From Camelus ferus (taxonomy: Eukaryota): 64,000 bases of DNA. Made by a program: the position numbers and the translations under genes. The notes beneath the pieces were generated by a model. That model was not told the DNA's origin. It saw only the letters and a list, made by a program, of their open reading frames with translations, and searched no databases. The DNA lies in contig NC_045697.1 in assembly GCF_009834535.1 (NCBI RefSeq), positions 76,262,001 through 76,326,000 of the forward strand. Direction: 5' to 3'. Below are positions 12,350 to 25,300 of the stretch, piece after piece (position 1 is the stretch's first letter; each line of letters opens with the position of its first letter).

Positions 12350-12595
12350 TGGTGTAATTTTCACATTGCCATGTCTTTATTAACTTGGACCTTCCTTCTG
12401 ATATGTCCTTCCTCCTTATCTGTCTAGCAAACTCCTAGTCATCCTTCAAAGCCCAGATCAAATGTCTCCTGAACTCCATAGGCTTTCTCATCACACCAGG
12501 GCAGGATGAATTGCTCCCACATCTGCTCTTCATCAACACTTAAAACAATAACAGGTGCATAGTAGGTCCTCAATAACTAGTTGTTAAAACTGAAC
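12350..12595 (+). mobile_element. L2 3' region
   Basis: 'aactcctagtcatccttcaaagcccagatcaaatgtc...catagtaggtcctcaataactagttgtt'. Confidence 0.7.
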
Positions 12596-12787
12596 TACTT
12601 GCTTCTAACTCTTTGTTCATGATGCAGTCTCAGAGGGAAATCCACTGGTCAGCAACTCAGGCTTTCACATCAGTCTTGAAGCAGAGAGCCGTTGGTGAGT
12701 AAATAGGGTGTGAATAGGATTGAGGGGCTGATGCTCTTGAAGTGTTATTTCTCTGTGTATAGTGCTCTGTCTGCAAATGGTTAAAAC

Positions 12788-12850
12788 AGGAAGGAAAGAA
12801 GGAAGGAAGGAAGCAAAGGGGGAGGGAGAAAGGAAGGAAAGGAGGAAGGG
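12788..12850. repeat. Imperfect (GGAA)n purine-rich repeat
   Basis: aggaaggaaagaaggaaggaaggaag... Confidence 0.85.
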
Positions 12851-14486
12851 ACTTGTGAGAATAAGAACCAAATTATTTAAGTCTGTAATGTGAGCACAGT
12901 TCAAGATATATGCCCTTACTGTTAAAGCTTAATGCCGGAATGTCATAGACCAAGCTCATAATTTAGTTTATGGCTGATCTTTATAGTAATAAAAAAAATC
13001 TAGAAAGAAGCTGCCTGGCACCATTTGCTGAAGACGTTTTTTAATACTGTCAAATGATTCATAATTATAAAGGGTGAGTGTACCGTGTTTGCTCTGTAGT
13101 GGTTATGCTGAGACTCATTAAGCACTTTCTGCATCCAAGAGTCCTGTTTTATGTAAACAAGACCTCTGAGGAAGATATAGATGGGTAATAAAGATGAAAG
13201 GAAATGAAGTATATTAACGTGAGGACAAATTAATAACGGCCCTTCCATCCTCTACCAGGAAAATCGTCACTGTGGGATAACTGCACTTTTCAAGGCAAAA
13301 GGGGAACAAAAATCCAGACAAAACAACAGACGGAAGAAAGATGAAATCAGATAGGGTTCCAGGGTCAAACTGCTTTCTGAAGATAGTCTGCACTTTGGGA
13401 AACTGTTGTCTGTGTGCCCAGCCAGGTCTCTGATGGCACCGGCAGAGGCTTTTTACTTGGCCACAAATGAAACCATCTTCAGTGCCTTGTAATGGTCACT
13501 GGGGCAGGTAGAAGCTACGTTACGGGTGGGGAGAGGAAGTAAGAGGGAGGTAGGAGAATGTGAGTGGTGAGATGGCAGGGAGATGAAAAAAAGAAAGGAA
13601 GAGAGAATCAACAGAATCACCATGTCATTTCTCTTCACATAAAATAGTGGGAGCCTGTGTGTTGTTGAGATTTGATTGAAATGAATGTAGCGTTGATGAA
13701 ACAAAGCTGAGCTAACACAGGTGGAGCTGTTTTCATATCAGCAATTGACTGTCTGAATTCCTAGACAAGTAAGTCAGCTGAACTGTTTCTGATTGACCAG
13801 AGCCCATGCAGTTCACTGCAATGTGCAGCGTGTAACACAACAGAGCTACCTGGGGGGCCCCCAGATCCTACCTGGCTCAAGCTCACTTGTCCAAAGTTGG
13901 CAATAGGACAGCTCCAAAGGGCCTCCTCTGTGTCACTGAATTCCAGAAAGTGCCCCCCACCCCAAAGATGACCTGTTCTAATCTTCAGGCCTTGGTGCAG
14001 CCCTGGCCTAGGGTGACTTGCTGCCTACTGATCTTACAAAGAGTCTTCAGATTAGCACGGGCTGAAGAATGGCCCTGACCAGAGTCTGGAGCAGGACGAG
14101 GCCAGCCAGACACCGAGGGCCTAAACTTTACGGAGGCACCAGTCTCAGGGGCCCCACCCTGCACTTGCACAACCTTGAGAACAAGCACCTCCCTAAGTTT
14201 TGTACCCAGGAGCTCTGGAGAGAGATCAATGTTTTGTATTAGTTTTTAAAACCTCACAGCCAGGTCTCTCATTCAGCTTCATTGCTCTTCTCACGTCTGT
14301 GTACCTCAGCTGGAGTCTTTCTTTTTACTGGTTAAAGAAGCTGAAGACCAGAAACCATGCTAGGTATTTTACAGCATGTGGCGAGGGGGCCACCCTGCTT
14401 CAACATGTTGCTCAGAGAGGCTCGGACTAACACAGAGGCTGAGAACTGTTGGAGCCTTCCTGACTCACCCATGACCAGAGTGACGC

Positions 14487-14621
14487 CAGGGACTTAGGGC
14501 TCCATTCCGGGCCACCTTAGGAGGGCCCCAGGCTTGGTTTAATGTCACAGCCTTGAAGTTCTGAATAATTTTTAACAAGGGGCCCTGCAATTTTATTTGC
14601 AGTGAGTCCCAGCTGGTCCTG
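14487..14621 (+). mobile_element. MER91-like hAT-Tip100 element
   Basis: 'gggccccaggcttggtttaatg...ccttgaagttctgaataatttttaacaaggggccctgca...gctggtcctg' matches MER91A. Confidence 0.75.
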
Positions 14622-14669
14622 GCTCCACTTAAAGAATAGATAAAAAAATATGTGGTGCGTCAGACCCTC

Positions 14670-15255
14670 CCCACCCCTGTAAAGCCCTCGCTGACCATTC
14701 TTGGAGTAGATATAATTCCTTAAAATAGCCTACACACCCCTGCTTCTTTGGGCTTCAGTGCACCTCTCTGGCCCTGTGTTGTAGCACATCTTTCCTACTA
14801 TCCACACTCTGGCCTTATTGCAGTCCTCAACTGCACTGCATTCCTCTGGCTGCAGAGCCTTTGCACTGGCTGTTTCTTCTGCCTGGAATACCCTTTCTGA
14901 GCCCCACTCCCAGCCCCAAATCTGGCCCCTACTGCTGGCTCTTCAGTTCTAAGCACAGACCTTAATTCCTCAGGGAAGCTTCCCTTGACCCACCAGGTTG
15001 GACTGAGCTTGTGGTACACGCTGCACGTTGCAGTGAACTGTGTGGGCCCTGGCCAATCAGAAACATTCTCACAGTTCTCTCCTTTAGCATCGATCACGAC
15101 TTGTAATATAATCTATGTATGATCATCTGATGAATGTCTCTATTTCCATGTGATTCCATGTTAGGCAGGGAAGTTGAAGTTGTTTTGTTCATTCACTTTT
15201 GCAGGTTCAAGTCCTGGCACAGTGCCCTGTTCTTAGCAGGCACTCAGTAAAACAG
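14670..15255 (+). mobile_element. L2 3' region
   Basis: 'agcctttgcactggctgtttcttctgcctggaatac...cctcagggaagcttcccttgacc...cctggcacagtgcc...gcaggcactcagtaaa'. Confidence 0.8.
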
Positions 15256-16554
15256 CTGTGAAATCCTGTCTGGGGATGTGTGTTGAGGGAAGTGGGGAGA
15301 AGGTGGAGGTGGGAGTTGGGCTGGGGGGAGGCAGCCTCTGGAAGGAACTGGAGCAAAGCTGGGTGCCTTTTGGCTATGCCTTCCAGACTCACACAGCTGA
15401 TGCCCCTGATCTGAAGCCAGCTCAGCTCCAGACTAGCCTTTGGTGAAGGCAGACAGTGAATGAACAAAGCTTAATCACACTGAATTCAATTCCCTGATGG
15501 TCAACCTTGCGATCTCAATAATTAGAGAAAAATATACTGTGTTAGGCATTTCTAATGAGCACAAGGGTTTTCAGTTTGCAGTGTGGTCTGTTAAGTATTT
15601 TAATAGTTTGGGTTTTCATCTCATCCCTTCCTCTTTTATTTAGTGATACACTTCCCTTTGGTGGTTTTATTCCCTTTGATAGACTTGTAAAAGCATTATT
15701 TTTTTCCTAACTCTCTAGTGTAGCTCATTTTGTCTCTTTGCTTCCTTTATCTTTTCTTTTGCAAGCCACTGGCAGTCATGTGCTCTTCTTTGATTTTCTT
15801 CTATGGTTCCACATTCCTGTATTGTAAATTTTTTACTTGTGATCTTTGAAATAGCCTCCACAAGGTCAAAGTGACTGCTACTCGTTTCTTTATTTGGAAA
15901 AAGAAAGTCAGGACTCTCTCTTGGCTGCAGGACACCCAACTTTTTTTCAGCGCCCCACTCCCATCCCCAACCCCAACATCTTATTCACTCAGGTCCTCTG
16001 TGCTCCTTGCTTTGCTTCCAGAAGATTGTGTTACTTTCCATTACTTCTCTCTGTGACAGAGACTCAGGACATGTTTTGGTTCTTTTGTTTTTTAATTCTT
16101 TTTTATTTTCTTACAAGAGAAAAAAGAAGAGAAATCATAACTTTTTTGAGCAACTAAAAAAAGAATTTTATCATCAAAATGTCAAGGCTTCTCCAAGAAT
16201 CCATTTTCCATAAGCTTGCCACCCATCAGCTGTTAGTATCACTGAAATCCTCAGTGACAGTGACAAAGGACTGTTCTCTTTCCTCATCCCCACCAAGTCC
16301 CTGACACCTTCGGATAGCCAGGAATACGGGCAATGACATAACAAATCTGATGATTAATCTATTTTGATCCAGATCTTAGCTAAATGATAGGTAAATGATG
16401 GTTTAGGGAAAAATGAAAATTTAGTGGAAACACCTGATTTTGGATGACTTCGGATCTGGATAAAGGGTTGGGCCCATATTGGTCTAATTTGGAGTCCAAG
16501 GTATTTAGCCACTCCCCAAGGTGGTGAAATGCTTCTTTTTGCTTTCTCTGATAT

Positions 16555-16780
16555 GATGTCGTTTGAGGAGGGGCCCAAAGGAAGTAAGGTTGGAGCCCTG
16601 CAGATGTCTTGGGGATAGAGTGTGCCAGGCAGACGGACCAGGGAGTTCTAAGGCCCTAGGATGGAATGCCCTTGATGTGGTCACGGAATTCGAGAGCAGT
16701 TCGACTGGAGAGGAGAGGCCGGTGAGAACGGTGCTAGGAAGTGATGTCGGGATGGAGCCTTGGGCCATGGTAAGGATTGC
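16555..16780 (-). mobile_element. L2 fragment
   Basis: 'tgcagatgtcttggggatagagtgtgccaggcagacggaccagggagttctaaggccctagg...gggccatggtaagga'. Confidence 0.6.
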
Positions 16781-17434
16781 TGCGAGGATTATATGGATTG
16801 ACTCACACGCACTGCTTGGTGCACAGTCAGTGCCCAGTGAAGTCGCTGTCATCATCTTCATCATCATCCCTCTGTGACTGTGTCCTGTTTGGTTTTATAC
16901 TCTTTGCATCTAACACAAGCTTGGGTATATAATACACACTCAATACTAGTTTATTGAACTAAACATAGACATTCTTAGTTCTTTCATTGTTGTGTGTGTG
17001 GTTTTTGTTTTGTTTTAAAGTGCAGCAAACTGAAACCACTGCCTGCACTCGTTTCAGAGGTCAATAAGCTCTCGGAGAAGAACGAACCACACGTGTTTAA
17101 CTGATCGTTTGTGCTGGGTTGTGCTGGAGGCTTGAGATGTGATCTACCACAAACTTGCCCCTATTTCTGTACAAGACCACCACCACTCTACATATTGTGT
17201 AGTCAGCGCCCCTCATGGAATTACTTTGTAATGCTCTTGTAGTCTGACTCCTGGGGCCTAACGTAGGACCTCTTCATGTTATTTTCCTTCACAAATTTAG
17301 TTGTCATTTTCAAATTCACCTTCATCAAACATTGTCTCTGATCTCTGCTCGGAGGATGTGCTAAGGCCGCCAGTTTCTGCAAAGAGAGGGACAGTCCTGT
17401 CCTAAGTGCTTCAAGAACCAGTCAACATCATATA

Positions 17435-19040
17435 CTGTACACACTTATGTAGAAGGTGGCCCCCAATATAAGTTGATCTCATATTTTGGGCTGTTTTGAA
17501 TATATAAACTTTTAAGCCATTTTTTTGGGCCAATTTGAATATATAAACGTTGGGGTTATAATTAAAACAGGCAATTTGCCTACTTATAATTTATTAATTT
17601 AGATGCATACGTATTTTAAATTACATGCATAAAATACTAATTTAGAAATATTGCTTTTTTTCACTTACACATTTCATGAAACAGCTTTATTCTGGTTCTT
17701 TGTGGGCAACTTTGACTTTAGTTTTGTTTTCTTCATAGAGTCATCTTTTAATTCCTCAAATACAGTTTTCAAAGCATATCATCTTCGGTCAGTTTTAAAA
17801 TTCAGGATTGATGCTGTTGTTGTAAATTTTATTTTAAGCCATAAGTACCAATTGATTTAATAATGTTTTTTTCCCACAGTCTTTTCAAAGATATATATTT
17901 GTGATCTTACAAAGCAATCATTTAAAATGTGCTTTAAGAATCTTGTTCAAAATAAAATTGACCACCTCACACTCATTAAGATGGCTACTATTTAAAAAAA
18001 AGCATAAAATAACAAATGTTGGAGAAGATGTGGAGAAATTGGAACCCTTGTGCACTGTTGGTGGGAATACAAAATGGTATAGATGATGTGGAAAATAGCC
18101 TGGCAGTTCTTCAAAAAATTAAAAATAAAATTACCATATCATTCAGCAGTTCTACTCCTAGGTATATATATATACACAAAACCTTTGAAAGCAGAAACAC
18201 AAAGAGAAATTCGTACATCCATGTTCACAGCAGCATTATTCACAACAGCCAAAAGGTGGAAGCAATCCAGATGTCCACTGATGGATACATGGATAAACAA
18301 AATGTGGTATATACATACAATGGAATATTATTGTGTCTTAAAATGGAAGGAAGTTCTGACACATACTATAATGAATGAACCTTGAGGGCATTATGCTAAG
18401 TGAAATAGACCAGTCACAAAAGGACAAATACTGTGTGATTCCACCTATATGAGGTACTTAGAATAATGAAATTCATAGAGATAGAAAGAATGGTGGTTGC
18501 CAGGGGCTTGGGGAAAGGGGGAATGAGAAGTTATGATTTAAATGGTTACAGGGTTTCCATTTTACAAGATGAAAATTGTTCTGGAGACAGATGGTAGTGA
18601 TGATTGCACAGCAATGTGAATGTGCTTTATGCCACTGAACTGTGCACTTATAATGGTTATGATGGTAAATTTTATGTTATGAATATTTCACCACAACTAA
18701 ATAAATGAAAATTAAATGAAATGAAACAAAATAAAATTGCACATTTATGATTGTGAGATCAACTTCTTTGGAATAATTACTAGATCTGTATTAATAATTT
18801 TTTTATTAAAAAAAAAAACTGATTCTGCCAGGTAAGCACACAAAACACCCAAAGTAGGCATTGGTTGGAGGTCAGTTCAGGCAAATACGTTTTTCCCTCA
18901 AAATATTCTGTTGTTCAAAATAATTAAAGATGCCCCTATAATTGAGAGAATTTTCAATGATTTGAGTAAACTCTTGCTTTTTAGAAGAATACTTTTTTGA
19001 ACAAATAAAAATATTTCATATTATAATTGGGTCTATATGG
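17435..19040. mobile_element. Probable old TcMar (Tc2/pogo-like) DNA transposon, interrupted by L1MB
   Basis: TA-flanked degenerate inverted termini (TA|CTGTACACACTTATGTAGAA ... TTATAATTGGGTCTATATGG|TA); internal inverted match aagttgatctca / tgagatcaactt; AT-rich body. Confidence 0.4.
17961..18726 (+). mobile_element. L1MB 3' end (ORF2 C-terminus plus 3'UTR)
   Basis: ORF peptide MFTAALFTTAKRWKQSRCP..WINKMWYIHTMEYY; L1MB-type 3'UTR; perfect 13-bp TSD caaaataaaattg at 17948-17960 and 18727-18739. Confidence 0.92.
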
Positions 19041-19052
19041 TAAATAGAAAGA

Positions 19053-19131
19053 TATATGTGAACCATACAAAACTGCCTCTACTTAACTGTTTTTGAACTA
19101 ACAAAATGTTAGGTTCCTATGTTCAGCCTAA
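19053..19131. mobile_element. MADE2-like mariner MITE
   Basis: ~80-bp quasi-palindrome 'gtgaaccatacaaaactgcc...tttttgaactaacaaaatg...cctatgttcagcctaa'. Confidence 0.65.
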
Positions 19132-19649
19132 GCCAATTATTTTTCTCTGGCATCATAAATTAGAAAATGCATTTAAGTATAGTACCAGTCTTGGATATTT
19201 ATTTCATGGTTCAAAGCTTAAATCTCTATAGCCAGATTATAAATTGCTTTTGATTATAAACTAAGATCTCTAAAATATCCCTGCATAGTCCCTGGAAAAA
19301 GCAACTGAAGCTCAAACTTTGTTAATATCTTTAAAATAAAAAGAAATTATAACAGAGTATATCTGATAGGTAGAATTTGATATAGATTAAAAAGTTGTTT
19401 TAAAATTTATCTCCTTTGACCAAGGAGTGAAAATTAGAAGACTGACTTAATGTTTTGAATATTAATTCTTTGAAAAGGGCTCCCACCTGAGGATTTTTCT
19501 TTCTTTCTCTCTTTCCCTTCTGCCTGTGACTCAAGGACATAAAGTGGGAGAACGTGGTGCCAAGTGCCCAGCGTAGAAAAACCATTTGCACCTCCTCTGG
19601 TAGATAGATCTTGTCCACGGATGAATAAGCACCTCCATTTTCACACTAT

Positions 19650-20355
19650 CTTTAAAATCTTTTTGGAAAAAAAAAAAAGTTGAACCTATAGAAAACTTGA
19701 AAGAAGGAGTACTTTCCCTGAACTCACCAACTGTTCACAGTTGTCATACTCTCTCTGTATATAATACACACACACACACTTCTATATATGCATATATTCT
19801 ATGAATGTATATACAGACAGATGTATATAAACATTTCTCTTTTATGTATGAACATTTATTTCCAGACCACTTTAAAGTAAGTTGCAGGTATTATGACCTC
19901 TCACCCCTAAATACATGAACACATATCCCCTAAGAACAAAGACATTCTCCTATGTTACCAGAATACCATTATCACAGAAAAGTAATAAAATATTGCTATA
20001 ATAATACTATCTAATATATAGTCCATCTTAAAGTTTACCCAATTAAAACTACTCTTTATAACTTTTTTTAAAAATCTAGGATCCTCTCAAATATCATTCA
20101 TTACATTTAGTGGTCATATCTCTTCAGTTAACTTTCATCTAGAACAGTTCCCCATCCCCACCTTTGAATTTTTTTTCCTCTCATGGCAATGACATTGTGA
20201 GAGTCTAGGCCAACATTTTGGACTTGGCACACTAATAGACCCAGGTGAAACTTTTTGGTAAGAATATGACACAGGTGACAATGTCTTCCTTTGCATCACA
20301 TCAGGAGGCTCTTAATGGCAGTTTGGTGTTAAGCTTGATCACTTGTTTAAGGTGT
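19650..20355 (-). mobile_element. L1MC4/5-like 3'UTR
   Basis: 'ccactttaaagtaagttgcagg...cacccctaaatac...cctaagaacaaagacattctcct...ttgcatcacatcaggaggc...ttgatcacttg'. Confidence 0.75.
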
Positions 20356-20471
20356 TTTGTGTTGATTCTTGTCAACTTTAGTTTTTGAAAGTGTTTTCTG
20401 TCTTTGTCAACAAAATCTGTGAAACAAGTTTGTAGCATCTGACTGCACAGAAAAATCTTAGTTTAAAAAAA

Positions 20472-20619
20472 AATTTTTTTTTCTAATTTTCTTTTTGTCA
20501 GGGGGTAGGTAGTTATATTTATTTGTTCAGTTAGTTTTTTGATGGAGGTACTGGGAATTGAACCCAGGACCTTGGGCATGCTAGGCATGTACTCTACTGT
20601 TTGAGCTATACCCTCCCCT
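20472..20619 (-). mobile_element. tRNA-Ala-derived camelid SINE (vic-1 type) with extended tail
   Basis: 'tggaggtactgggaattgaacccaggaccttgggcatgctaggcatgtactctac...gagctataccctcccc' preceded by a T-rich tail. Confidence 0.88.
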
Positions 20620-21951
20620 TAAGCTTTGAGTATCTCATATGCCAAACTATTATTGGCTTGTGTCAAACAGGTTTGTTTTATTTACTTTTCAACTAATGAA
20701 TGATGAATTCCCAATTTACTGATGACTTTAGTCATATGTGACTCTCCAAAAGATTGAAGGCCGCATTAAGAAGGCTATAACAATTGAAAGACTTGTCCCA
20801 ACTGCCTGGCAAACTGAAAGAATGCTTGGAGATCTCTCTCCATCTCTGTCTCTGTTCTCTCTTTCTGATTCCTTTTATTAAGACCATCTTATCTTATTTA
20901 CCTATAGGTTGCATTAGCTTCAACTCATTCAGTAAAGTATAGACATGCAGAAGAAAGAACTTGTAGAGAAACGTTTAAACTCAGTCTTTTTTCACCATAT
21001 TTTTAGCTGGTGAATATTTTGTATCTTTGACAGAATTTTCTGTCCACTTCCTAAGAATTTTGTCAAAATAACTTTTTTTGCCAATATAAGCCCCTGGAGC
21101 AATCCACTATCCATTGCTTTGTGCTCTGGGGAACAGCTGACCTTGGTTAGAAATGAATTTATTACTTCCTGTTTCCTTTACATCTCCTACTTCCCTCCCC
21201 ACCTCCTGCTCCAATAATGACACATAAAGTTAATGAGCACTGGTGATTAAGAGGGCCATTTTAGAACAGGCAAGTTGGGTATTGAATGTCCTTGACCTAA
21301 ACTTTACTTGGAGAAAGGATAGCTGAATAATTAGAAAATAGGATTCTAAATCAGAAGCCGAGGGTGTCTTTTCTGCCAGTAATTTGTGTAGCTTTGGCTG
21401 GATATCTTTACTTCTCTATTTTTATTTTGTCCATCAGCTAAATAGGACTTACAGTAATTTCTCATTAAGAGTTTTTGAATGTCCCGATGAAAGCCACAAT
21501 ATGGTAGCAATATAACTTCTAATTTTAACATAACTAGTCAGTGTGACTATTTCTATTAATTATAAAATCTAATATATGTTCCTTAGCTCACTTTTATACT
21601 TTTACCTCCTTAAATAAAAAAGGTCACCAGTTAAATCTTTTTAAATAAATAGCTTAAAATAAGAGTTTAAACTACTTTATTTCTAATTTCTTACATAGTG
21701 TTTGATTTTATCTTCAGAAATTTTTAAAGATAAAAGTAACATCCCATTTTAAAGTAATCAAAGGAATACTAGGAAACATAGATAATCAAGAGGAAAAACA
21801 AATCAAAATCCATCACCACCAAGGTAGGACCATCGTTAATACCTTATTTCTTGCAGAGGGGATCATGTAGAAATATCCTTTTACAACCTTTTTTTTTTTT
21901 TTTCCATTTATTGATCTATGTTGAACATCTTTCTGGTTCATCCAGAATAAT

Positions 21952-22393
21952 TGTGGGAGGTGCTGTATTGTACCACCCAGAGCTCCTTCAGGACGAGAGG
22001 ACTTATTTACCCAGCTTTTGGCTGCTGGCAGACAGCATTTTGCCCTCAGCTCTCTTTAGAACTCTTGGAGGAGGGGGTTTCCCTTGCCCAAGTGCCTACC
22101 CTTTTCCATCTGCTGCTGGCTTCCAGCAACTGGAAGATGCAGGACTATAAAGGTCAGGCTCCCATGCCCTGACTCTGGGCAATTCTGAAGGGCTATTTCA
22201 GCTTCAGAACTCCCTGTGGAATAGGTTGAGCCCTTCAATTGGGACTGCATCACAGCCCCACTTCTCTCTTTAGTCCTGCCCAACCCATTACCTCCCTTCC
22301 AGAGACCCAAACCCAAGAGTACTCCCTTATCAACCACTCATGTGTTAGTTTTTGTCTCAGCGTTCCCTTTCTGGGGGACCTGGTCTCCTCACC
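21952..22393 (+). mobile_element. LTR16A-like ERVL LTR (5' LTR)
   Basis: TG...CA bounded; 'ctgaagggctatttcagcttcagaactccctgtgg...gactgcatcacagcccc...cccaagagtactccct...tgtctcagcg' matches the LTR16 family; TATA-like 'tataaa'. Confidence 0.8.
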
Positions 22394-25300
22394 AGCTGGC
22401 AGTGAGGACCCCATCAGCGCTGGTGGGTGGAGCATAGACAACACCCGGCCCGAGGAGGCAGAGCGCTGTTAAAGCTCTCCCTGATGGGAGACTGGGATGG
22501 GAAACTGGTGGAAGAAAATGCAACAGCTAGTGAGATGTGTCAGGTGTTAATAAATATGGGAGAAATAACACAAGACCAGCAGAATTGGGTAGCTACTGCT
22601 GAGCTCAACTGGGACTTTGGGAAAAGCCAATAAAAGGCTGAGAATGATTATTTGACAGCTAAATGCTGAGAGTGGAAGTCAGAGGGCTTCCTTGGTTGCT
22701 GATGAAGTACTCTAGTCTTCTGAAGCCAGAGGCTACAGAAAGCTAAGGACCAATAGTAGGACTTAATCATAAAATTCACAGAGCTCTGAAGAAAGATTAA
22801 TTCTCAACTGAGGCAGGTAGGCTAGGAAAGAGTGGTCCCTGGCACATGGAATGGAGACCTCTGGGTTGTTGAACCCCCAGATCTTGGATCTCAGATTCCT
22901 CTGAACTCTGTGAACCAACAGAAGTAGTGTTCTCTTCACCCTTTAAGGTGAGCACTGCTTCCCTGATTGACAATACTTCAGAGGCCGTTCTCCTGCAGTG
23001 CTGAAGTGAACGCTGATACCCAGAGCCCTGAAACATCATCGTGAAGGCAAATGGAGGCCAAGTAATAAACAGAATCCTGGCCCAGCTTTGGCTTATCATG
23101 GGTCCACTGGGTCATTACCCTATCCCCAAATGTCTAACGAGAGAAGATACACTTTGAATTTGGCCCAGTCCCCGTATTGGTTCCTTTGCCTTTGGAATAT
23201 GATCTATCATAGTGGGAAGGCCAAGTGGAAGCTCTGAGCCATGCAACCACCCCCTACTCCCAGCCAAAATACTACATTAAAACGAAAATCACATCCCAGC
23301 CAGTATTTAGTAATTAAAGACTAAAGGATGCTGAGTTGGTGGGCCCCATTATCTCTTTATTATTTCATCAGTCTGGCCCCTGAAAAACCCAGCCGGATGT
23401 TGGAGGATAACAGGGGACCACTGCAGGCTTGACTGTGAAGTAGCCACAGTCACAGCTGTGCCCGGTGTTGTATCTTGGCTCCAGCAGATTAACAAGGCCT
23501 CAGTGCATGATATGTGGCCACTGATCGAGCCCATATGTTTTTTCCATCTCTCTAAGGAAAGTTGATCAAAAACAGTTCAGATCCACTTCGAATGGGCCAC
23601 AGTTTACATCAACAATCTTGGCCTGGGGCTGTATTAACTCCTGTTCTCTATTGTAATATAGTCCAAAGAGTCTTAAATGGCTGGACATTCTGCAGAGCAT
23701 CCCACTGGACCACTAGAATGATGACATCATGATAATCAGATAAAGGAGCCAGAAGTGGCTGGTCTTTTGGTGAGACACATGCCCACCAGAGGGTGAGGGA
23801 TAAACCTTACAAAGATTCAGAGGCATCCACATTAGTGATGTGTCTGAGAATGCAGTGGTCTGGACAGACCTCCTCCAAAATAAAGGAAAATTTATTGTAT
23901 CTTGTGTCTCCCAGGACAAAGAAGAAAGCTTAGCACCTCACAAGCCTCTTTGGGTTCTGGAGGTAGCATATTCCATACCTGTGAACACTGCTCTGATCCA
24001 TATACCAAATGACACCAAAGGCTACTGGCTCTGAGTAGAAATTCAGAGAGTTCTGGAGCGGTTCCAGGCTGCGGTGCACGCAGCCCTGTCACTGAGGCCC
24101 CGCAGCCCAGCAGACACTGTGGTTTTAGAGATGTCAGGGTGCGAAAGGACACCACATGGATTTATGACAGGCCCCGGGGGGAGAATCACAACACTGGCCC
24201 TGGGAATCTGGAGCAGGAGTGGAGAATGCCATCTGCAGTGGAGAATTATACATCTTTTAAAAACAGTTCCCAGCTTTGTGCCCCAGTAGAGATGGACTGC
24301 TTGACTACAGGACACTGAGTGACCAGGCCACCAGCACAGCTAATCTGAGCTGGGTCCTGTCAGCCACCAAGTCATACAGCCCGATGGGCCCAGCACACAT
24401 CATCATATGATGCACGTGACACATCTGGGATCAAGCCTGAGTGAGACTGGAGAGAATGAGCAAGCTGCACAGGTGGGCCGGGCCCCAGGCCGTCTACTGC
24501 TGTTCTGCTCCCTCAGCTCACATGTATGGCCCACAAGGGGGACCCTTTGTGACCACCTGACCAAGGAAGAAAAAGCCCTCTTTGGCTCATGGATGTGTCA
24601 GCCTTTTCTGTGTGTGAGAATGGAAAAGGGACAGCAGCTGCACTACCCCCCACTCAGGGATAGCAGACTGTTCCCCCAGTGGCAGAGATTAGGGAGGTGC
24701 CCCTGGTCACCCACGTTGGGTGGAAGGAGAGTGGCCTGAGGTTAGAATATACAGCCTCAGAGACAGTGGCCAATGGCTTAGCCAGCCAGTTAGGAACCTA
24801 GAAGGGGAAGGATAAGATAGGAGACAAGGCTTGGAGACACGCAGATCCACAAGAGAATGAGCTCGCAGTAGGACGACTTTCACATTGTATGTTGAATGCC
24901 CACCGACCACGGAAGAGGAACTGAGCAACCAAGTAGGCAGAACTGGACCAATTGATGGCAGCCAGCGTCTGTCATCACCCTGGTACTGGCACAGTGAGTA
25001 TACGAACATGGTAGCCAGGGAGGCAGGGATGGAGGCTAAGACTGGAAATGAGGAGTAGGCAAGAATAAGTCTCTGTGGATTAATAGATACACATTACTGT
25101 ATATAAAATAGATAAACAACAAAGCACTTAATGTAAGTACAGGGAACTATATTCAGTTTTTTGTAATGAGCTGTAATGGCAGAGAATCTGAAAAGAAAAA
25201 AATATATGTAGATGTATAAGTGAATCACTTTGCTGTACACCTAAAACTAACATTATAAATCGACTACACTTCAATATAAAAATGGGAATTAAAAAAATTA

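Noticed and set aside
18016..18385. Overlapping 100-120 aa ORFs
   Set aside because: L1MB ORF2 remnants inside a TSD-bounded, 5'-truncated element.
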